Shown here in pieces: positions 30,693 through 40,086 of a stretch of DNA of 64,000 nt; positions within the stretch are counted from its first letter, which is position 1; each line of letters begins with the position of its first letter. The notes under the pieces were generated by a model that saw only the letters and a list, made by a program, of their open reading frames with translations, was not told the origin of the DNA and searched no databases. A program made the translations under genes and the position numbers. Source of the DNA: Paramoeba atlantica (lineage: Eukaryota; Protista; Discosea); the NCBI GenBank assembly GCA_977017575.1, contig CDRNVI010000039.1:434001-498000 (forward strand), given 5' to 3'.

Positions 30693-31148
30693 ACGAAAAG
30701 AAGAGTTGCACCGCTGCCAGAAGAACCAAGTGACTCTAAAAAATATTCTTATTTTTATAGGTAGGAGAGTGAATCTTCTTTCTACAGCAAAAAAAATGTA
30801 TATTTCATTGCCCGCGTAGGAAAAATAGCTACAGATTGCTATAGATGTACGTGTGACTTACCATATACAGAAAATACCAAAGAGTGCTTTTCTTCATGAG
30901 CCCATTATTTCTCCTCATACAATATTCGAGAAAATGTAGGTCATAAAACGTTTGGAAAATTTGAATTATCCAAGTTCAACTTTCATTGTGGCGTGATACC
31001 TTAGCAAACATTCCGAAAAAATGTTGAAAATTCTAAATGCGTGCAGTAAATAGTTCCTAGGGCTTTCGATTCACGTATGCATCACAGTACCCTCATAATT
31101 GCGTTGAACAGAACTACAGCAAAACTTTCGTGGTGGACGCAAGCTGAA

Positions 31149-31328
31149 CTACGTTTTTTGTTGGGACTTTCTCGCTTCAGACTCGGCTTGTTTTCTTCTC
31201 ATTATTTCACTGTCAGTTTCTTTAGCTTTTAAAAAGGATTTGTTATCTGATCTCTGACCTTTCTTTGCGTCATTTTGTTCTTTGAGTCGACGAGCTCGAT
31301 CGCGGTCCCGCTGGTCCCCTCTTGTCAT
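31149..31328 (-). CDS. SERF: Small EDRK-rich factor (SERF/4F5 family)
   Basis: MTRGDQRDRDRAR start and DSEIMRRKQ motif; ATG at 31328. Confidence 0.85.
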   Translation of the reverse strand: MTRGDQRDRDRARRLKEQNDAKKGQRSDNKSFLKAKETDSEIMRRKQAESEARKSQQKT

Positions 31329-32011
31329 AAAAAACGTGTAAAACAACTAAACAACGAATGAGAATCAATACATTGGAAACCTATTACTTTCCAAACCCTT
31401 TACTAAGACCGAATGCTCGTCGATCCCCATAAATGGATACATAAGAAAGGATGAAAAAGCATATTTTTTTGTGAGCTACCTGGAATTTTAGAAAATTCAA
31501 CATCAAGTGAGACACCGTGTCGTGTCCAAAAGAAATATGCATTCACATTAGAAAATAAGGAAAAGCAAAATATGACTAAAAAAATTTACTGCTATTCACA
31601 CTATAATATTTCCCCTTTTCTTGAATACCCTTGAAAGATACATGTACTGTAGTATGTATACTGGATACTCCTGCATGAACTGGGTACCATGACTATACTG
31701 CTCACTAACTGAGCATTGCGGCTGCCTCTCGTAGTGGCAATGCCTCTGTCGGTGCATACTTTCCGCTGAGTCTTCGTTCCCATTGGGTGAGTCTCCTCTG
31801 GCCACTGTTCTAAACATGAATCGAGTTCGCGTATTCTACCACAGCTGGACTATTCTACCACAGCACACTGTATACTGTATAACACTCTACTGTATCACCC
31901 AGTCGGTATTTTACTCCTCATGACATGAGGAGTAGACTACATGACATTTATGACACAAATATTTTACATACTCAGAGCCGACACTTGATATCCCTTACAG
32001 GAGTGAGAAAA

Positions 32012-32926
32012 TTAGCTACATTTCCCGCTATTGAGATGCGTATCTATCCGCTTCACAGTTTCGTCGGGTAGATGCATCATATTTATTGTGTATGTGTTTG
32101 TATCCTTCTGAAACCTAATCATTTCTTTTGAATGAACGCTATTCTCAATATTGAGCTTTAATATGCCTATCACTTCCTCCAAGGAACCTTTCGGAAGTAA
32201 AGCAATCTGTTCACCCAAGTATCTGCGCCGTTTCGAACTTACGGCAACTCCAGACACTGAGTCACTTTCCTTAAGACGGGAAACCATTTTTCTCAGTGGT
32301 AGCTTTTCATTATTCTTTGTTTCCGTTCTAGTTTGTCTCGTTTCAGAAATTGGATCTTTAATTGTATGTCTGTGACGCAGCATTCGCCCTGTTTCAGCTA
32401 CGGAACCCTCTATGTGTGTTTTGTACCACTCATGAATTTTTGAACGACTAAAAGAAGGAAGTACAGAGGGTATCGCGCTGTAATTTTTGTTACAATCAGA
32501 GGTTTTTACTTCACTCGTTTCTACTCGCACTGCATCCTCCGAGAGTCTTCCGTTATCCTGTGAGACAGAACGCTCTTGTGTGCCAGCAGAGGAAAACTCT
32601 GCTAAGTGTGCTTTAACCCATTCAGATAGTTTTCGAGCCTTTTGATGAGCATTGCTTTCAACTTCACTGGATCGAAAACAATTATTCAATGCGAGTTCAA
32701 GATCATTTAGGGCTTCCTTCACATCAGCGTACCTTTCTTTTCTTAAGTTTCGATAAATAGACCCCAAATTAATATCTGAACTGCTATCTAATAAATTCGA
32801 CTTAGCCAAAGGACGCATAAAACTCGCCGCCCCGGGCAAGGCAATCAGCCCCTGAACAATATTCTTTAAGTCGTGAATTTCCAAGCGCGAATTCTCATGC
32901 ACCTTCTGGGGAATACTGTCAGACAT
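32012..32926 (-). CDS. Degenerate bromodomain plus extra-terminal (ET/NET) domain protein
   Basis: FMRPL...INLGSI..NL....Y...EALNDLELALNNC bromodomain-like pattern; C-terminal KRRRYLGEQIALLPKGSLEEVIGIL...YTINMMHLPDETVKRI is ET-like. Confidence 0.72.
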   Translation of the reverse strand: MSDSIPQKVHENSRLEIHDLKNIVQGLIALPGAASFMRPLAKSNLLDSSSDINLGSIYRNLRKERYADVKEALNDLELALNNCFRSSEVESNAHQKARKLSEWVKAHLAEFSSAGTQERSVSQDNGRLSEDAVRVETSEVKTSDCNKNYSAIPSVLPSFSRSKIHEWYKTHIEGSVAETGRMLRHRHTIKDPISETRQTRTETKNNEKLPLRKMVSRLKESDSVSGVAVSSKRRRYLGEQIALLPKGSLEEVIGILKLNIENSVHSKEMIRFQKDTNTYTINMMHLPDETVKRIDTHLNSGKCS

Positions 32927-33129
32927 GAAAAATAGGGTTTATGAATGCTCCAATTCAGCACAATTCTATGGGTCGTAATGTGTGTGCGTACACCTTTTCA
33001 AAGAAACTAGACTAAGTTAGTGTACTTAATATCGTCATTCGTTAAACGTGTGAACAAGAAAGAAATGTGAATCGAGGGTGACAAGTATATTTTAGAAATA
33101 CGATGCCACGAATAAATAACCTAGTAGTA

Positions 33130-34311
33130 TTATCTTTTCGTCTTAATGTCACTGTCGAATACAACTTGAACGTCGTGCACTGTTTTTAGAGGACGTGCAT
33201 CTGGTTTATCGACCAAAGATTGATTCCAATATCCAAGAAAAATCATTAGCCAATCCTTTTTCCTATGCTTCGTTACCGTCTCTGGAGGATCCGGGTATTT
33301 GAAAAATGTGCGAAACGGATGCCATCTCAGAAGCATGGGCTGTGCAAATCCACACAAAGACATCCCCATCCAGTAGAGAAATACAGCACTCGGTTGATTC
33401 GCGCTGAAGTAAACCATTGCACAGGTAGCCAAGCGCATGCCCCAGAGAAGAAAAAGTTGCGATGGGGATCGCCCCCCTCTGTTGAGTGCTTGATTAAGCT
33501 CGAAATTGAGCATAAACATTGAAACACATGCAAGTTGCACCCCGTAAGTAGTATCTGGCATTGTTAGATCTGTGAGCCACAAGAAAGTTTCGGATTCCAG
33601 TTCGTCATTGTAAGATACCATGTTCTGAATGGCAACAAAAGCAGAAGAGACTACGGGAATCGTCAACATTTGTATAAAGGCGCGTCGTTGGCTGCACTTA
33701 TGCTTTTTAAACAAAACCGATCTCTGTCGTTTTGCGCTTTGTATAATAACCTTTCTTTCAGCTATGGGCATCTTCTTGTCCTTTCGGGCTCGCCTCATGC
33801 GATCGTTAATAATGTTTAACTCCGGCTGAATATGCGCCAAACGCAGCGCATTTCGATTCGCATAGAGTGAGGGAAAAAGCGTAAACAGACGCATGACAAC
33901 TCCCCATATTATAAACGCAAACCCCCATCCATATCCCCAATCGTGGAAATATTCCAGACCCTGGCGCTGGAGGAGGGCAGGGGAGAGGGATTCCTTAGCC
34001 CAATCATACGTGTCGTCCAACCGCTCCAGCATAGAACGGCGAGGAACAATGTACTCCTCTACGCGTATCGGTCCTGGGGTCGTGTCAAAGGGGTCGATGT
34101 CGTACCGGGAAGTGGAGGAGTTGGAAGACCACCCAAAACATCGGGAATTTGTCCAAAACAGCACGCACTTGGAATAGTGGGTAGGCTTTGTGGGAGAAAA
34201 ATGAGTTGTACTAAACCTGGTAGATGAAGTAGGTAGAATGCGAAGACACGAGCCGTTTAAAGAGTGTGGTTCGTGGCGAATGCCGACATTGTACCATGTT
34301 CTGAGCTTCAT
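33130..34311 (-). CDS. OXA1: Mitochondrial Oxa1/YidC insertase
   Basis: WGYGWGFAFIIWGVVMRLFTLFP, HIQPEL, FIQMLTIPV, FLWLTDLTMPD, AVFLYW. Confidence 0.9.
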   Translation of the reverse strand: MKLRTWYNVGIRHEPHSLNGSCLRILPTSSTRFSTTHFSPTKPTHYSKCVLFWTNSRCFGWSSNSSTSRYDIDPFDTTPGPIRVEEYIVPRRSMLERLDDTYDWAKESLSPALLQRQGLEYFHDWGYGWGFAFIIWGVVMRLFTLFPSLYANRNALRLAHIQPELNIINDRMRRARKDKKMPIAERKVIIQSAKRQRSVLFKKHKCSQRRAFIQMLTIPVVSSAFVAIQNMVSYNDELESETFLWLTDLTMPDTTYGVQLACVSMFMLNFELNQALNRGGRSPSQLFLLWGMRLATCAMVYFSANQPSAVFLYWMGMSLCGFAQPMLLRWHPFRTFFKYPDPPETVTKHRKKDWLMIFLGYWNQSLVDKPDARPLKTVHDVQVVFDSDIKTKR

Positions 34312-34520
34312 ACTACATATTGAAAAAAAATAGAATATTCGTCAAGTAGAAAAAATAATGTGATACATGACGCGGTGTTTCGGAGACGAAATTAGAAAAC
34401 CACTAAAAAAGGTACGAACACAAAAGAACTTTAGTCACAGAGACGCCGATGAAGTGTAAACGCCAGGAACTAATAATACCTATCAGTTCCTTAAATAATT
34501 GCAACTATAGAACAAGAACA

Positions 34521-35678
34521 CTACCAACCATACGCTTCTCTATTTGGACAGCTTTGAGCTGTGTGATTCCACCCATTACAAATGCTGCATCGTACCTCTC
34601 TGGGCCTCTTCACAGAGTTTACGATTCGTCGAGCACATTGGGCGGCTGTATGCCCTATCTCATTGCAATACTTGCAATAGTCATACCCTACTGCGTGACG
34701 AGATGGCAATCTGCTATCAGTCAAAGCCGTGGTACAATCCTTCTTTGTATGTCCCACGAAACCACACTTTGAACACACTTCGTTTGGAGTAGCCATCGGA
34801 AGATCGGAAGGATTCTGCATCGCAGATTCAGCTTCAACTTTTTCTTGTTCTAGCGTTTCGTTCTCTTGTGTCTTTTCGTCTTCTTTTTGCTGTCGTAGTT
34901 TCTCTAGTCCTTCTGCGCAATACGACATTCTTGCTGAATTATTTTTTAGGGGAGTTTCCTCACTCTCAAGTTTCAAACCCGTGCGAAAAGCGCTCTCTGC
35001 GTCGGCCCATAACTTTACTCCAAGGAGAGCGTAACCGAGCCTGCCGTGTGCCTTCGAATATTGAGGGCACAATTCTATGCACTTTCTCGCATCGCTCTCG
35101 GCAGACGAATACTGCTCTAGCTTCAGAAAACAGGCACTACGGTTACTATACCACATGTGATCTGTCGGGTCTAGAGATATGCCTTTTGTGTAGTGACGCA
35201 CAGCCATTTCATACTCACCGTCACAGAAACACTGCTTCCCTCTTGTCTGATGTTGAGACTTGTAAAAATCATCTTTCTTAGCAGTAGATGAGTTCCGGAG
35301 TGTTTTTCTGACTCGTTCGGCATCCGTTCTGTACGTCTCTGATGAACTATCTAGAGCATGAGCTTTATCATAACACTCAGCCGATTCTTTGAACCTACAA
35401 AGAAATTCAAGCGCAGCCCCTTTTCTGTGCCATCCTTTCGCAAAGCTCGGACACAGTACCGTCACTTTTTCCGCATCAGCAAGAGCTTGTTTCCCATTTG
35501 AAAGCTTTAGATAAGCTGCACTGCGGTTACTATACAGCAGATATTCCGTAGGAAACAGCTTTATGCAATTGCTCCATGCTTCGACGGCTTTGCCAAATTT
35601 TCCTGCCTGAAATAACGCTTTTGCACCGGTATTACAGGTATCATAATCAGCTGGTTTTGAAGCGTTGGACATGCTCAT
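34521..35678 (-). CDS. STI1-like double TPR-clamp protein with three CCHC zinc knuckles
   Basis: Two LYSNRSAAY/WYSNRSACF TPR sets, then CSKCGFVGHTKKDC, CKYCNEIGHTAAQC, CSICNGWNHTAQSC. Confidence 0.85.
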   Translation of the reverse strand: MSMSNASKPADYDTCNTGAKALFQAGKFGKAVEAWSNCIKLFPTEYLLYSNRSAAYLKLSNGKQALADAEKVTVLCPSFAKGWHRKGAALEFLCRFKESAECYDKAHALDSSSETYRTDAERVRKTLRNSSTAKKDDFYKSQHQTRGKQCFCDGEYEMAVRHYTKGISLDPTDHMWYSNRSACFLKLEQYSSAESDARKCIELCPQYSKAHGRLGYALLGVKLWADAESAFRTGLKLESEETPLKNNSARMSYCAEGLEKLRQQKEDEKTQENETLEQEKVEAESAMQNPSDLPMATPNEVCSKCGFVGHTKKDCTTALTDSRLPSRHAVGYDYCKYCNEIGHTAAQCARRIVNSVKRPREVRCSICNGWNHTAQSCPNREAYGW

Positions 35679-35887
35679 ACGGGGACAAGAATATGTACAA
35701 TAGACAACAATAACTACGACAGGTTATACAATTCGTTTCGTGTACGTACAATTCGTTTCGGAAAAAAATTAGCTTGACTACTGGTAGGGTACAGATACGT
35801 GTAAATAAATAATTATACTGTAAAGATAAAACGGTGCGTTGTCGAAACGAAGATGAACTCGCTTGACTCTATAGTGCTATATTGTTG

Positions 35888-37246
35888 CTATGCATTTTTG
35901 TGGGGGTAGATAGGGCGGGCGTTGTCTCTTTTACGCTGACCATCAACAAGCGATAAAATCATATCTCGTTCCTCTGCAGATTCGAAGAGCAATGTCCAAG
36001 ATTTACCATGCTCTTGCACAGTTAACACATTGTATTGCTGCTTGTGGTAGGAATCAGGCTTTGCTTCCATGATTAAATCTGGAGATATACCAAAAACTTT
36101 TTGCACTTTAGATTTTCCTTTAGATTCCAACGACCCTATCACAAGGACATCATTGCATAAGAATAAATGACGTTTTCGACGAAAAGCAAATGCAAGCATC
36201 ATGACTGTGCAATCAAACAACAATTCCCGTGCTTGATTTCGTGGCAAGGCATCACCCGAAAATTGGCTTTCGAGTTTTTCTGCGTGTCTTCTTGACACAT
36301 GGGATGAGATTTGCACCGATATCTTTCGTGTAATCGCATCAAATTCATTGGCTCGAGGATACCGAAGAGCATGTGCACAGTATCGGTACCATGATGTCCT
36401 TGTGGCAGCAAGGGCAAGTACCGTATACAACTGAGAGCAGTGTATCGGAAGTAAGGAAGGATCAAAGAAGGGATGAGGAGTTATCTTTTTCAGCGTAGCA
36501 CTCAGAAGGGCGTGGTAGTCTACACGGGGACTAGGCGTTGAGCTATCAGTGCTCGAGGCGTTTCGAACGGTAAGCCGAGATAAAGTCCGCTCCGTACTAG
36601 CTATGGAAGGTTCGGTTTCTGCGTCACATACGCTAACACCTGAGCGAAGTCCACCACATTCTTGCGGTTCTACGGGAGAGAAGAGATCACCAATGGCAGG
36701 CGTAGTGGATCGAATTTGTGGTCTAGACTGCTCTCTAGAGATTTCTTGACACTGTCGAAAAGCGTCTTGCAAGATTTCTGGGCAGTGCAGCAAAAGAGGC
36801 TGGGTGTGCACTGCGAAATGAATAGCGAATTCTTCAAGTGGAGTGCCATCTCTAGAGAGAACTGCGTCAAGAAGAGCAGTGGATGAAGTCGATCGCGACA
36901 ATTGCTCCACAAAGTTATAAATAGCAATATAATTTCCGAAAATTTGATGCACAAATTCTCCTTGTAAAATGTTAGATTTTTGCAAAGAATCGTAATATAC
37001 GGCCCGAACAGCCTGTAAAGCTTGAAAAAAGTTCTCTTCTTTTTCTAGCATCTTAGTTGAGAGGTTTTCATAGTCAGTGAGACAGGAAAAGGGCAATTGA
37101 GAACCACTGTTATCAGGGGCTGAAAGATGTGGTTTCGTAACAGGTGTGAGAGGATCATTAGTGTAATGCAGAGGGCAAACTGATCTACGATCGAGTTCCA
37201 GACTCTGTGACCGATCAGGGTTGTTTTTCATGCGTAAACATTCCAC
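35888..37246 (-). CDS. Divergent DH-PH (RhoGEF-like) protein
   Basis: MLEKEENFFQALQAV...IFGNYIAIYNF resembles DH CR1; RHLFLCNDVLVIG...LLFESAEERD resembles a PH domain. Confidence 0.55.
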   Translation of the reverse strand: MECLRMKNNPDRSQSLELDRRSVCPLHYTNDPLTPVTKPHLSAPDNSGSQLPFSCLTDYENLSTKMLEKEENFFQALQAVRAVYYDSLQKSNILQGEFVHQIFGNYIAIYNFVEQLSRSTSSTALLDAVLSRDGTPLEEFAIHFAVHTQPLLLHCPEILQDAFRQCQEISREQSRPQIRSTTPAIGDLFSPVEPQECGGLRSGVSVCDAETEPSIASTERTLSRLTVRNASSTDSSTPSPRVDYHALLSATLKKITPHPFFDPSLLPIHCSQLYTVLALAATRTSWYRYCAHALRYPRANEFDAITRKISVQISSHVSRRHAEKLESQFSGDALPRNQARELLFDCTVMMLAFAFRRKRHLFLCNDVLVIGSLESKGKSKVQKVFGISPDLIMEAKPDSYHKQQYNVLTVQEHGKSWTLLFESAEERDMILSLVDGQRKRDNARPIYPHKNA

Positions 37247-37814
37247 AGCGAATAAATTAAAATAACATAGGACTGTATTATTTACAGTATCTACGAGTCT
37301 GTATAAGTAACATTTTTTCTATAAAATGTTTTATAGTTCCCCCCCCCCTCCTTAAATCCTATCACCTTTTTAGAGACAATTTTTGGCCCTGCTATTTTTC
37401 TGGTCATCTGATACATGCATACATGTAGTACAATGTAATCAAATAGTATTTAATTAATTCACATAGAATTATGTTCTATCTTGATTTTATCTGCAGATGT
37501 CTAAATACAATTGTCATGAATCTCTCTAATTGAACCTCTCGTTGAAGGCTTTGCCAGTAGCACGTGCCCCTATGATGTAATTGGTTTCTGATCACAGAAT
37601 GAGCTACGTAGCAAGAGCCTCAAAAACGGTCCAGCAAAATTCGCTTTCGGAGAAAAATCCAGAACAGGATTCGAACACGCATGACATGGAAAGGAAAAAG
37701 GCAGCGCGTACGATAGGGCTGTCATTTTCACGAAGATAGGGGGTTTCCCTGTTGCTAAACGTTCTGTCTTACCATCGAGTCAGAATGAACGTTCTTGCTT
37801 CACCACCTTATTGC

Positions 37815-38183
37815 TCATGTAACCAGGCTAAGTGGTTTCTCTTCGGGAAGTGTTGCTTCGATTCCATTTAGTTCAGGGGTTACACAAATTTGACAGGATA
37901 ATCTTGACTGGTCTTCGCGAAGTTCTAAGGCCAAGTCAAGCATGTCTTTTTCGTCTTCTGTAGGAGGCAAAACCTTGCCGTACCACTCTGGTTTTAAATA
38001 CACGTGGCATGTGGAGCATGCGCACGTACCATCACACGCCGCCTCAATATCAATCTTGTGACGTTTCGCTATTTCCATAAGACTTTGACCAGAAGTACCA
38101 CCTAGAACTCGCATAGGCCCCCCCGCAACGTGAAATTTTACAGAAACCTGTGCTTGGCAGTAAAGGGCCGCCGCGCGATGCAT
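37815..38183 (-). CDS. FDX: Mitochondrial adrenodoxin-type 2Fe-2S ferredoxin
   Basis: IEAACDGTCACSTCHV, EKDMLDLA, SRLSCQI. Start is ATG 38183 (presequence-like) or ATG 38243. Confidence 0.95.
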   Translation of the reverse strand: MHRAAALYCQAQVSVKFHVAGGPMRVLGGTSGQSLMEIAKRHKIDIEAACDGTCACSTCHVYLKPEWYGKVLPPTEDEKDMLDLALELREDQSRLSCQICVTPELNGIEATLPEEKPLSLVT

Positions 38184-38413
38184 ATTGGAGTTATTAAAGC
38201 AAGAATGGGTAGAAATATTAATAGAATAATTTACCCACCTCATCGAAGCAAGGAAAAGTAGTTAGCAAAGTCGAATCATCTGCTAGTCAAAGCACATGCT
38301 ATTCAAATCAACGAATGTATCTACCACATTCATTTGTTTTTCAGTACTGTTAAAGATCTATTTTATAGTACAACGCACTTTTAAAGAGGCGATACATTTC
38401 GGTCAAATGCTAA

Positions 38414-38908
38414 TTACAGCAATCGTTGAGCATTCCTCATTCTCGTGCATTTTTCGTATAAAGAGCGTTTTTTGTTGTGCAAGAGCTGCACTTCATTTAT
38501 TGCTCCTACGTGCTCCAGTTTTCGTTCTTTGTTTATGCGCTGGATTCTTTCTTTCTCTTGAGAGACACGAGCTTCGTAATCTTCTAAAACCAAGCCTAAC
38601 GTCTGCGTTGTGTTATCAAAAGAACTACTCTGCTCTCTCGTTATACGAGAAAGGCGCAACCGAATATACGCTTGTAGCTCAGCTTCATATCGCGCCTCAG
38701 GTGACATGAGCGGAATAGCAGAATTGCCATCCTTCTGCGCAAGGAGATGTTGAATATGAGGTTGATTTCGCTCTAAGCTTGGAGAAAAAGTGGGAATTGA
38801 TTCGTATGACGAGCAGGCTTTCTGGGCTTCTTCTTCAATGAGACGTAGAGCCCTTTGTCTTTGGGCTACGGAAATGTCTTGTTCTGCATATGGCAATGTG
38901 TCAATCAT
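38414..38908 (-). CDS. SPF27: Prp19-complex splicing factor SPF27/BCAS2
   Basis: IDTLPYAE...RQRALRLIEEE at the N-terminus and IQRINKERKLEH at the C-terminus. Confidence 0.72.
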   Translation of the reverse strand: MIDTLPYAEQDISVAQRQRALRLIEEEAQKACSSYESIPTFSPSLERNQPHIQHLLAQKDGNSAIPLMSPEARYEAELQAYIRLRLSRITREQSSSFDNTTQTLGLVLEDYEARVSQEKERIQRINKERKLEHVGAINEVQLLHNKKRSLYEKCTRMRNAQRLL

Positions 38909-39397
38909 AAATGTAGTATAAATGTATCAATCAATTGAATGACTATAACAAACCTATGACAATTAATATCTGTAGCTGTAGATATACATGATGTACATCT
39001 GTACATCATCTGTATGTACAAATTAGGAACACTTTAGAAAAAATTCATTACCCTACCGAACCGATGAAAATGGCCCCTCGAAAGGGGGCATTCGAGTACG
39101 TACCTTAAATGTTGATGCTCTGAAACTTCGACGTGCACTACACTAGTCTTTACGGAAATCTTTTCGTTTATTACAAATCATCCGCATGATGAAGAAGTAC
39201 CGAATCGATGAAATTAGTAAAAGAAATAAGTTGGATAATCCCGTAGTAGAAGTTACTGAAAAGGTGACTATGTATTCCCTTCATATCTTTTTCTTGCTTA
39301 AGATACCACATTGAGCATGCTTCTTAATATAGTCGGATAAGGATAACTACGTGCACCTAACTACTAGTTAGGTTATTTTTTTAGGTATGTTACTAAG

Positions 39398-39730
39398 TTA
39401 ATTTTTCGATAAGAGCTCAATGTCAAAAACAAGGGCAGCATTGGGAGGAATCTTCCAGGCAGGAAATCCACGACTTCCGTAAGCGTACTCAGAGCTCATA
39501 GTAAGCCTCGCACTTTCGCCCACTTTCATCTGCAGAATGCCTTCGTCCCATCCGCGAATCACTCTGCCCTGGCCAACACAAAAAGAAAAGCTGGTCTGTC
39601 CCGGATCTTTTGTGGACCAAAACTTTTGCATTGTATCCTTGAGGTACCCCGTGCAGTGAACGGTGACCGTGTCTCCTGCCTGTGGAGTAGACCCAGCGCC
39701 TTCCTTCAAAACCTCCCGATCAAGAGACAT
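39398..39730 (-). CDS. FKBP12: FKBP12-type peptidyl-prolyl isomerase
   Basis: GDTVTVHCTGYL, VGQGRVIRGWDEG, YAYG, IPPNAALVFDIELL. Confidence 0.97.
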   Translation of the reverse strand: MSLDREVLKEGAGSTPQAGDTVTVHCTGYLKDTMQKFWSTKDPGQTSFSFCVGQGRVIRGWDEGILQMKVGESARLTMSSEYAYGSRGFPAWKIPPNAALVFDIELLSKN

Positions 39731-40086
39731 TCAAAAAATAAATCTGAAAGAAAGGAATTGATCAATCTTTTTTTCATGGATTCTATATTCGACCTACAAT
39801 GCACAACAGAGGGCTATTTTTTTTAGTTCCCTAAGTCACTCTATGCACCAATTTTCACATTCGCGTTATAAAAGTTTACTCTATGAAACTTCATCAGAAA
39901 ATTCTGGTTAGCAGTGTTTCGTACCTGAAGAAAAACGTTAGAAAAAGAATTCTGACATCTTTGTAAGCTTTTTGCAAATTTGAAAAGAAGTCTCTCATTG
40001 AAAACACTGTAAAAAGTAGACACAGAGTCCACAAACCCACCAACTTCTCCACCCACTACACTTTCCTCTCCACAACCCTCGAGCCC

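Noticed and set aside
31596-31817. 73-aa minus-strand ORF between SERF and the bromodomain gene
   Set aside because: Short, no recognisable features; likely UTR.
37655-37690. GTTCGAATC (T-loop/B-box-like) on the minus strand
   Set aside because: No T-stem or cloverleaf can be folded around it; no tRNA called.
39060-39100. GC hairpin with GAAA loop after CCGATGA (hammerhead-like)
   Set aside because: Lacks the CUGA core and the downstream GAAA/stem III arrangement.
39186-39259. ATGATGA...CTGA, a box C/D snoRNA-like spacing
   Set aside because: On the non-transcribed strand, no terminal stem, and no convincing antisense guide.
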